Both the position numbers and the translations under genes were made by a program. A stretch of DNA of 32,000 nucleotides from Lentzea sp. NPDC051838 (GTDB lineage: Bacteria > Actinomycetota > Actinomycetes > Mycobacteriales > Pseudonocardiaceae). Under the pieces are notes generated by a model. It was not told the DNA's origin. It worked only from the letters and a program-made list of their open reading frames with translations, and made no database searches. The DNA is taken from the NCBI RefSeq assembly GCF_040681245.1, contig NZ_JBFAYI010000006.1, forward strand, positions 19,198-51,197. The letters are read 5' to 3'. Below, piece by piece: positions 13,022 to 19,721 of this stretch (positions are counted from its first letter, which is position 1; each line of letters opens with the position of its first letter).

Positions 13022-13810
13022 CTAGATTCGATTCAAAATCGTTTCAACCGCAGCGGCGAGCGTGCCCACGCGCTGGACGTCTCCTGAAAGCGGCACGTCC
13101 TCCCAACCTGGGCCCGCCACCAGCACGTGAGTCCCGGCCAGCTCCGCCAACGGCACCTGATCCGCGTGCACCCGATCGTGTGCCCACACGAACACCACCT
13201 CCGGCGCCAGCCGCTTCACGGCACTGACCAGCGCGGTGGCAGGCACCCGAGCGCCGAGGTTCCGCGACGCTTGGCCCCGCTCGGCAAGGGCAGCAGCGAG
13301 CACGTCCAACGGCAGACTGTGCTGCTCCTCCGGCGCACACGCCAGCAGCACCGACGGCACCCCGGCCGCCGCCCCCGACACCCTCATCGCGTCGGAGATG
13401 CTGAGGCTCGCGACGTGCTCGACCTCGACCCCGGAGGCCGTCGCCGACACCCGTTCACCCAGCTCGACCAGGAACGGCATCAGCACCGCGTCCCACGTGT
13501 GCACGACGCCGTGGCGAGCGATCAGCCCCACGGCCACCCGGCGCATTCGTGCCGCGTCGAGCTCGTCGGCCGCAGCCCAGAAGTCGGGGTCACCGGACGA
13601 CGTCAGCGAGGCGGCGGCCGACGCGGGCGCGACACCCGACGCGGTGAGCTCGACCATGCGCTTGAGGCGCACGACGTCGTCATCGTTGTACCGCCGGTGC
13701 TTGCCCTCGTGGCGCGTGCTGGGCCCTAGGCCGTAGCGGCGGTCCCAGGTGCGCAGGGTTGTCGGCGAGATGCCGAGCATCCGCGCGACCGCTCCGGCAC
13801 TCCACTCCAC
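13022..13810 (-). CDS. MerR-family regulator with C-terminal B12-binding-like domain (LitR/CarH-like)
   Basis: GTG start at 13808-13810 with GGAGGTGA 3 nt upstream (GGAGG core 6 nt from the GTG). The N-terminal AGAVARMLGISPTTLRTWDRRYGLGPSTRHEGKHRRYNDDDVVRLKRM is a MerR HTH. The C-terminal half carries W-x9-E-L (TWDAVLMPFLVEL) and E-x-H-x-x-P (PEEQHSLP). These resemble the CarH/LitR W-x9-EH and E/DxHxxG cobalamin motifs but differ from them. Confidence 0.8.
   Translation of the reverse strand: MEWSAGAVARMLGISPTTLRTWDRRYGLGPSTRHEGKHRRYNDDDVVRLKRMVELTASGVAPASAAASLTSSGDPDFWAAADELDAARMRRVAVGLIARHGVVHTWDAVLMPFLVELGERVSATASGVEVEHVASLSISDAMRVSGAAAGVPSVLLACAPEEQHSLPLDVLAAALAERGQASRNLGARVPATALVSAVKRLAPEVVFVWAHDRVHADQVPLAELAGTHVLVAGPGWEDVPLSGDVQRVGTLAAAVETILNRI
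13028..13042. promoter_or_regulatory. AT-rich palindrome tCGATT-caa-AATCGt (operator/RNA hairpin candidate), copy A
   Basis: Read directly from the sequence. The 15-nt string CGATTCAAAATCGTT (13029-13043) recurs exactly as a reverse complement at 13827-13841. Copy A lies inside the last codons of the MerR-type gene, 17-31 nt upstream of the next ATG. Confidence 0.55.
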
Positions 13811-13827
13811 CGCTCACCTCCGCTGCA

Positions 13828-13842
13828 ACGATTTTGAATCGT
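13828..13842. promoter_or_regulatory. Perfect palindrome ACGATT-ttg-AATCGT (operator candidate), copy B
   Basis: A perfect 6-3-6 inverted repeat in an otherwise GC-rich region. On the minus strand it ends 6 nt upstream of the GGAGG RBS of the MerR/B12 regulator gene, within the 81-nt divergent intergenic region. Confidence 0.6.
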
Positions 13843-13891
13843 AATGCGACGGCGCGGGTAACGTGCGGATCGACCCGAACGAGCTTCAGAT

Positions 13892-14002
13892 ATGACAGAG
13901 CGGGAGGACGGCAGCCCTCACCCCGGTGACGGCTCCGTGTATGAAGAACCCGAAGGAATCGACTACGCCGAGTCCGACGTCGTTGCCTGCGACGAGACCT
14001 GA
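13892..14002 (+). CDS. Possible small acidic protein (36 aa), divergent from the MerR/B12 regulator
   Basis: ATG 13892 to TGA 14000-14002 encodes MTEREDGSPHPGDGSVYEEPEGIDYAESDVVACDET. By my count, about three quarters of third positions are G/C. A strong hairpin follows immediately. It is too short for the ORF track and I could not assess homology. Confidence 0.3.
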   Translation: MTEREDGSPHPGDGSVYEEPEGIDYAESDVVACDET

Positions 14003-14010
14003 GCCGAACA

Positions 14011-14041
14011 CCTCGGACCGTCCTGATCAGACGGTCCGAGG
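14011..14041. terminator. Bidirectional hairpin terminator between convergent genes
   Basis: cctcggaccgtc-ctgatca-gacggtccgagg forms a perfect 12-bp stem with a 7-nt loop. It lies 9 nt after the small ORF's stop and 10 nt after the ppm1 stop (14052). Confidence 0.65.
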
Positions 14042-14051
14042 TGGATGAACC

Positions 14052-14816
14052 CTACTTCTTGCCGGTGAACAGCGCCTTCACCTGGTTGCCGCGCCTGCGC
14101 AGCCCCCACTTCGTCACCCGGATCAGCGCCTCGCGGACGATGTTGCCGCTCATCTTCGACTCGCCGAACTCGCGCTCCAGGAACGTGATCGGCACCTCGC
14201 GCACCCGGAAACCGAGCTCCAGCGTCCGCCACAGCAGGTCGATCTGGAAGCAGTAGCCGGCGGAGGCGACCGAGACGAGGTTCAGCTTGCGCAGGGTGTC
14301 CGCGCGGAACGCCCGGTAGCCGCCCGTCATGTCCCTGATCGACGCGCCCAGGGCGAGTCGCGAGTAGAGCGAGCCGCCGAGCGAGAGGAACTTGCGCTTC
14401 GCCGGCCAGTTCACGACCTCGCCGCCGGGCACCCAGCGCGAGCCGAGCACGAGGTCCGCGGAAGGCAGCGCGTCCAGCAGGCGGTGCAGCTGCTCCGGCG
14501 CGTGCGAGCCGTCGGCGTCCATCTCGCAGATGACGCCGTAGTCGCGGTCGAGCGCCCACTGGAAGCCCGCGACGTACGCGGCGCCCAGGCCGGCCTTCTC
14601 GGTGCGGTGCATCACGTGGACGCGGTCGTCGGCGGCGGCCATCTCGTCGGCCAGCTGGCCGGTGCCATCGGGGCTGCCGTCGTCGACCACCAGCACGTGC
14701 ACGTCGGGCAGTGCCGTGTGCAGTCTCTTGACGATCTTTCCGATGTTGTCCCGCTCGTTGTAGGTCGGGATCACCACCAGCACCTGCCCGAGTTCCTGGT
14801 CAGGCTGCTGCGCCAT
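14052..14816 (-). CDS. ppm1: Polyprenol-monophosphomannose synthase (GT2 dolichyl-phosphate mannosyltransferase-like)
   Basis: Start at ATG 14814-14816 ([25 protein letters not shown]). GT2 motifs: [26 protein letters not shown] and GYRAF. It sits directly downstream of lnt and overlaps it by 17 nt, the arrangement known for actinobacterial lnt-ppm1. Confidence 0.9.
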   Translation of the reverse strand: MAQQPDQELGQVLVVIPTYNERDNIGKIVKRLHTALPDVHVLVVDDGSPDGTGQLADEMAAADDRVHVMHRTEKAGLGAAYVAGFQWALDRDYGVICEMDADGSHAPEQLHRLLDALPSADLVLGSRWVPGGEVVNWPAKRKFLSLGGSLYSRLALGASIRDMTGGYRAFRADTLRKLNLVSVASAGYCFQIDLLWRTLELGFRVREVPITFLEREFGESKMSGNIVREALIRVTKWGLRRRGNQVKALFTGKK

Positions 14817-16347
14817 TCGAGTCCTTCCGTCGTCGTGTGAAGCCCAGCGCCAACGCCACAAGGCCCGCAGCGGTCAGCACCCACTCGGGCCAGGCTCCTA
14901 GCCAAGTCGCCAGCGTAGTCTGTGACCTGAGCGGCAGTGTCGCGACCAGGGCATCGGGCACGAACAGGCCAGTCTTTTGAGTGACGGAACCGTCGGGCTG
15001 GACGATCGCACTGACCCCTGAGGTGGCCGCCACGACCACCGCCCGGCCGTGCTCCACGGCACGTACCCGTGACATGGAAAGCTGCTGGTAGGTCATCTCC
15101 GTGTAGCCGAACGTGGCGTTGTTCGTCGGGATCGCGATGATCGTCGCGCCGGCCTTCACGGAGTCGCGGACGACTGAGTCGAACGCCACTTCGTAACATG
15201 TGTCAAGTGCGACCTTCGCGGGCCCCATGACGAAACCGTCCGGGTCCGAACCGGGCTGGAACACACCGGCACGGTCCACGGTGGACGAGAACAGCCGGAA
15301 GAACGAGCGCATCGGCATCGTCTCGCCGAACGGCTGCAGCTTCCGCTTGGTGTAGGTGTCGGTCGGCCCCTTCTCCGGGTCCCACAGCACCACCTGGTTG
15401 CGCGGCAGCCCGTCGCCGCGATCGACCACCACGGCACCCACCGCGATCGGCGCCTTGATCGCCTTCGCGGCCGCGTCGATCACCGCGGCGGCGTCGACGT
15501 TGCGGAACGGGTCGATGTCCGACGAGTTCTCCGGCCAGATCACGACGTCCGGCTGCTTCACCTTGCCCGCTGCCACATCGGCGGCGAGCTCCATGGTCTT
15601 TCGAGCGTGGTTGTCGAGCACCGCGCGACGCTGCGAGTTGAAGTCGAGCCCGGCGCGCGGCACGTTGCCCTGGATCGCCGCGACCGTCACCGTCCCGGCC
15701 GAGGCGTCCACCCCGACCGGCACCGCGAACCCCGCGAGCAACGGCACCACGACCAGCGGCGCCCCGAGCTTCCAGTTCTTGAGCACCCAGAACAGCCCGA
15801 ACCCGGTCAGCGCCACCGCGAACGACACCAGCGGCGCCCCGCCGAGCGACGCCAGCGGCAGGAACCACCCCTCCGGCTGCCCGAACGCGATCTTGCCCCA
15901 GGTGAAGCCACCGAACGGGAACACCCCGCGCAACGCCTCGTCCGCCACCCACAGGCACGCCGCCCACAACGGCCAGCCCGGCACGCGGGAGATCGCCGCC
16001 ATCGCCGTGGTGCCGATCGAGATCATCAGCGCGCACGCCAAAGCCAGCGGCAGCCACGCGATCAGACCGACGAACTCACCCGTCCACCGCAGCAGCGGCA
16101 CCATGAACCCGAGCCCGAACAGCACGCCGTACCCGAACCCGGCCCGTGCTCTGCGCTCGTAAATCGTCCAGGCCAGCAGCGCGAACCCGACCGGAGCCAG
16201 GAACCACAGCGGACGCGGCGGGAAGCTGAGGTAGATCAGCACACCGCCACCGACGGCGAGTGCCATGCGCAACAGCACCGGAGGGCTCAACCGGCGCCTG
16301 CGGACGGGCATTTCCGGCGATTCCGGCGCGATGGGGGGTGCGACCAC
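14800..16347 (-). CDS. lnt: Apolipoprotein N-acyltransferase
   Basis: 515-aa maximal ORF. The N-terminal half is polytopic membrane sequence. The C-terminal half is a CN-hydrolase domain (VVIWPENS..., ...CYEVAFD..., NNATFG). The start is uncertain: GTG 16345-16347 or ATG 16309-16311 ([11 protein letters not shown]...). Confidence 0.9.
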   Translation of the reverse strand: MVAPPIAPESPEMPVRRRRLSPPVLLRMALAVGGGVLIYLSFPPRPLWFLAPVGFALLAWTIYERRARAGFGYGVLFGLGFMVPLLRWTGEFVGLIAWLPLALACALMISIGTTAMAAISRVPGWPLWAACLWVADEALRGVFPFGGFTWGKIAFGQPEGWFLPLASLGGAPLVSFAVALTGFGLFWVLKNWKLGAPLVVVPLLAGFAVPVGVDASAGTVTVAAIQGNVPRAGLDFNSQRRAVLDNHARKTMELAADVAAGKVKQPDVVIWPENSSDIDPFRNVDAAAVIDAAAKAIKAPIAVGAVVVDRGDGLPRNQVVLWDPEKGPTDTYTKRKLQPFGETMPMRSFFRLFSSTVDRAGVFQPGSDPDGFVMGPAKVALDTCYEVAFDSVVRDSVKAGATIIAIPTNNATFGYTEMTYQQLSMSRVRAVEHGRAVVVAATSGVSAIVQPDGSVTQKTGLFVPDALVATLPLRSQTTLATWLGAWPEWVLTAAGLVALALGFTRRRKDSNGAAA

Positions 16348-16359
16348 CCGATCAGCCTA

Positions 16360-17695
16360 CGAGGCCAGGGAGTACACAGGAGATATGGCCTCCGGCTTTC
16401 CCGTTGCACGCGGGATCCGACCCGCGAAGAGGGGACGGCCTGGACCCAATACGATCATCGTTGTGCGAGCCAGGTATCGCTATCGGATCGAGCCGACCGA
16501 CGCGCAGCGGGCCATGCTGGCACGCACGTTCGGGTGTGTCCGTGTCGTGTTCAACGACGCGATCCGGTACCGAGACGAAGCATTCCGAGCCGGCGAGAAG
16601 CCATCACCGACGGATGTGCAGCGGCGCGTGATCACCGAAGCGAAGAACAGCCACGACAGGTCCTGGCTGACCGAGGTCGCGTCGGTCGCGCTGGTGCAGT
16701 CCGTGCGGGACGCACACCGCGCTTACACGAACTTCTTCGACTCGATGAAGGGCAAGCGCCGGGGACGCAAGATCGGCAGGCCGAGATTCAAGTCCCGCAA
16801 GGCCACACGGCAGTCGTTCCGCCTCACGCGCAACGGCTTCAGCATCAGGCCCGACGGTCGGCTGTACATAGCCAAAGTGGGAGACATACGGGTTCGGTGG
16901 TCGCGCGATCTGCCCTCAGTCCCCAGCTCGGTGACGATCATTCGGGAACCAGATGGCCACTTCTACGCCAGCTTCGTGGTCGAGATCGAGCAAACCCCAC
17001 TGCCGCTGACAGAACAGGAAGCAGGTATCGACCTCGGCATTGCCGTTCTTGCGACCGTGGTGAATACCAACGCACAGCACACCGAAATCCCGAACCCAAG
17101 ACATATTTCAGGCAAACAACGCAAGCTGACCCGCCTGGAACGACAAAAAGCCCGCTGCGCCAAGGGCAGCGCCAACCGTGCGAAGTCCTGCCGCAGGATT
17201 GCGAGACAGCACGGCAGGGTGGCTCGTTGCAGGCGCGACCTTCACCACAAACTGGCCTTCCGCCTGATCCGCGAGAACCAAGCGGTCTACGTGGAAGATC
17301 TGAACATAGCGGGAATGCTGGGCAATCATCGGATGGCGCGAGCAATCTCGGACGCCGGGTGGGCGCAGTTCGTCCGATTGCTGGAAGAGAAAGCGGAGAA
17401 GTACGGCCGGACGGTGCACAAAGTGTCGCGATGGCGACCGAGTTCGAAGATGTGCTCCGGTTGTGGGCAAATCACGGACACGATGACGCTGCACGTCAGG
17501 ACATGGACCTGCCCCATGTGCAAGTCAAGGCATCACCGAGACCGCAACGCGGCTCAAAACATCCTCGCCGCCGGACGGGCGGAGAGGCGAAACGCCTGTG
17601 GAGCCTCGGTAAGTCCTCCCTTAAGGAAGGCGGTGGGCGATGAATCAGGAAGCACCCCGGGAGCGGTATGACCGCACGGGAAACCCTGGTCCTCG
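16360..17695 (+). mobile_element. IS200/IS605-family tnpB-only element (boundaries tentative)
   Basis: It contains only tnpB. GC is lower than the flanks (55-58 % in two lines I counted). The imperfect inverted repeat CGAGG-CCAGGG (16360-16370) / CCCTGGTCCTCG (17684-17695) brackets the gene. No Y1 transposase (tnpA) is present in the window. Confidence 0.4.
16385..17671 (+). CDS. tnpB: TnpB (OrfB) RNA-guided endonuclease-type transposase accessory protein
   Basis: ATG 16385 with ACAGGAGAT upstream.
- The N-terminal RARYRYRIEPTDAQ is typical of TnpB.
- RuvC triad candidates: GIDLGI (D), YVEDLN (E), HHRDRNAAQNI (D).
- Zinc finger: CSGCG...CPMC.
- The tail NACGASVSPPLRKAVGDESGSTPG resembles actinobacterial TnpB C-termini. 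Confidence 0.9.
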   Translation: MASGFPVARGIRPAKRGRPGPNTIIVVRARYRYRIEPTDAQRAMLARTFGCVRVVFNDAIRYRDEAFRAGEKPSPTDVQRRVITEAKNSHDRSWLTEVASVALVQSVRDAHRAYTNFFDSMKGKRRGRKIGRPRFKSRKATRQSFRLTRNGFSIRPDGRLYIAKVGDIRVRWSRDLPSVPSSVTIIREPDGHFYASFVVEIEQTPLPLTEQEAGIDLGIAVLATVVNTNAQHTEIPNPRHISGKQRKLTRLERQKARCAKGSANRAKSCRRIARQHGRVARCRRDLHHKLAFRLIRENQAVYVEDLNIAGMLGNHRMARAISDAGWAQFVRLLEEKAEKYGRTVHKVSRWRPSSKMCSGCGQITDTMTLHVRTWTCPMCKSRHHRDRNAAQNILAAGRAERRNACGASVSPPLRKAVGDESGSTPGAV

Positions 17696-19088
17696 GGCCA
17701 AGGCGCACGTCAACTATGTCGATCTCGTGGTGCAACGCTTGTCGACGGACGGACACCGCGAGGCAATCGTCGGCGGCGACACCCGGCTGACCCGCTCACA
17801 GGCCCGCGACCTGCTGTTTCGACTCGCCGACGGACTCGTCCAACGCGGCATCAAACCTGGCGACGGTGTGGGTGTGTACGTCGGCAACACCCCCGAGGCG
17901 GTCCTGCTGAACCTGGCGGTCCACCTCCTAGGCGGCCGGCTGGTCTACATCCCTCCGGAGCCCGGCCCAGCAGAGCTCAAGGCGCTCGTCGAACGCGCCG
18001 AGGTCGCGGGCGTCGTGGTCGACCCGGAGTTCGGCACTCAGATCGACGGCTGGCACCTCCAGGACCTCCCGGGCGAGCCGGAAGAACGCACCCCCGCGCC
18101 CGAGTTCTCGACCGTCTCCTACACCGGCGGCACGACCGGGCTGCCGAAGCTCGCGGTGCACCGGCCCAACCGCGACATCGCTTCGGATCCGCGCGCGTCC
18201 ATGCCTCCGATGAACTTGCTGTGCAACACCCTCATCACCCACGGCAGTGGCGCCTCCACGGCGAAGGCCGCACTGCTCAGCGGGTCGAAGCTCGTGCTGG
18301 GCCCGTCGAAGTTCGACGCGGACACGTTCATCAGGCTGGCTCGCGACGAGCAGGTCACCATGACCGTCTTCGTGCCGCCGATGATGTACGAGGTCCTCGA
18401 CCACCCCGACTGCCCGGGCCCGCAGTTCAGCGTGATGGTCGGGGGGTCGGCTCTCGCCCCGCGACGGCTGCGGCAGGCGATCGAGAGGTGGGGCCCGGTC
18501 GTCAACCAGGGCTACGGCCTGACCGAGGCGCTGGGCATCACGATGATGCCCGCCACCGAGATCGACCTCGACCGGCCGGACACCTTGCGCACGGTCGGCA
18601 AACCGCACCCGCTCATGGAGGTCGAGACCCGCGACGGCGACGTGTGGGTGCGCGGACCGTTCGTGATGGAGGGCTATTGGGGCGAACCTCCGTTGAGCGA
18701 AACGGCCGACGGCTGGTTCAACACCGGCGACATGGGCTACTTCGACGACGACGGCCACCTCTACCTGAACGACCGCAGCAAGGACGTGATCGTCACCGGC
18801 CGGACGTCGGACAACGTCTACTCACGGTTGCTTGACGACTTCCTCGTCACGCTTCCCGGTATCCGGCAGGCGGCGGCGGTCGCGCAGCCGGACGAGGCGC
18901 TCGGCGAAGCGGTGCACCTGTTCCTGGTCACCGACGGCTCGGATGTCGATGTCGACAGAATCCGTGATTCGGTCGTCGCCGAACTGGGTGAGCTTTACCA
19001 GCCCAGAGGGGTCACGATCGTTGACCGATTGCCCCTCACCAACGTGGGAAAGGTCGACAAGCGCAAGCTTCGTGCCCTGTTTCGGTAA
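17640..19088 (+). CDS. AMP-dependent acyl-CoA synthetase/ligase (class I adenylate-forming enzyme)
   Basis: Core motifs: SYTGGTTGLPK, GYGLTE, TGDMGYFDDDGHLYLNDRSKDVI and GKVDKRKL. The only canonical in-frame start upstream of the conserved NYVDLVVQRL region is ATG 17640, which lies 32 nt inside tnpB. Confidence 0.85.
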   Translation: MNQEAPRERYDRTGNPGPRAKAHVNYVDLVVQRLSTDGHREAIVGGDTRLTRSQARDLLFRLADGLVQRGIKPGDGVGVYVGNTPEAVLLNLAVHLLGGRLVYIPPEPGPAELKALVERAEVAGVVVDPEFGTQIDGWHLQDLPGEPEERTPAPEFSTVSYTGGTTGLPKLAVHRPNRDIASDPRASMPPMNLLCNTLITHGSGASTAKAALLSGSKLVLGPSKFDADTFIRLARDEQVTMTVFVPPMMYEVLDHPDCPGPQFSVMVGGSALAPRRLRQAIERWGPVVNQGYGLTEALGITMMPATEIDLDRPDTLRTVGKPHPLMEVETRDGDVWVRGPFVMEGYWGEPPLSETADGWFNTGDMGYFDDDGHLYLNDRSKDVIVTGRTSDNVYSRLLDDFLVTLPGIRQAAAVAQPDEALGEAVHLFLVTDGSDVDVDRIRDSVVAELGELYQPRGVTIVDRLPLTNVGKVDKRKLRALFR

Positions 19089-19115
19089 GGTTCGGAGTAA
19101 ATCAGGAGGTGACGG

Positions 19116-19721
19116 ATGCCCCGTCCAAGCGTGGAAGCCGAACGCAAGGCGCAGATCCTCGCGTCCACCTGCAAGGTGATCGCGGCAGAGGGTTTCCGCC
19201 ACCTCCGGGTGTCCGACGTGGCGAAGGACGCCGGCGTGTCCGGCGGAACGGTCCACTACTACTTCGAGACCAAGCGCGAGCTGACCGACGCCGCGTTCGA
19301 GCACTGCTTCGAACTGTCGGTGACGCGCCGCCGCTGGATCCTCGAGTCGGACGAGCCGCCGCTGTCCCGGTTGCGCATGGTCGTCGAGTCGTACCTGCCC
19401 GAGGGCGCGGAGACCGTCGAGGCGTGGAAGGTCTGGGCCGAACTGTGGGTCGAGGCGATCCGCAACCCCGAGCTGCAGGAGCTCAACGAGCGCTTCTACG
19501 GCGAGTGGCGCGACATCGTGGCGAGCATCTTCCGCGACGGCCAGGCGTCCGGTGACATCCACGCGCCCGGCGACCCGGTGGAGCTGGCGAACATGATGGT
19601 GAGCATGCTGGACGGCCTCGCGCTTCAGGTGCTGGCGGGCTCGAAGGCCATGACGGTCGACGCCATGCGCACCACCTGCCTGAGGTTCGTCGACCAGCTC
19701 TCCACGGCGTCCGTCGGATAG
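19116..19721 (+). CDS. TetR/AcrR-family transcriptional regulator
   Basis: ATG 19116 is preceded by AGGAGGTGA. The N-terminal KAQILASTCKVIAAEGFRHLRVSDVAKDAGVSGGTVHYYFETKRELTDAAF is the TetR HTH. It lies 27 nt downstream of the ligase gene. Confidence 0.9.
   Translation: MPRPSVEAERKAQILASTCKVIAAEGFRHLRVSDVAKDAGVSGGTVHYYFETKRELTDAAFEHCFELSVTRRRWILESDEPPLSRLRMVVESYLPEGAETVEAWKVWAELWVEAIRNPELQELNERFYGEWRDIVASIFRDGQASGDIHAPGDPVELANMMVSMLDGLALQVLAGSKAMTVDAMRTTCLRFVDQLSTASVG

Noticed and set aside
15607-17643. 678-aa plus-strand ORF, and the 16265 start of the tnpB ORF
   Set aside because: The 678-aa ORF is antisense to lnt and then out of frame with tnpB, and its sequence is Arg/Pro/Gln-rich with no motifs. 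The 16265 extension of tnpB would overlap the lnt 5' end. ATG 16385 has a good RBS and gives the usual TnpB N-terminus.
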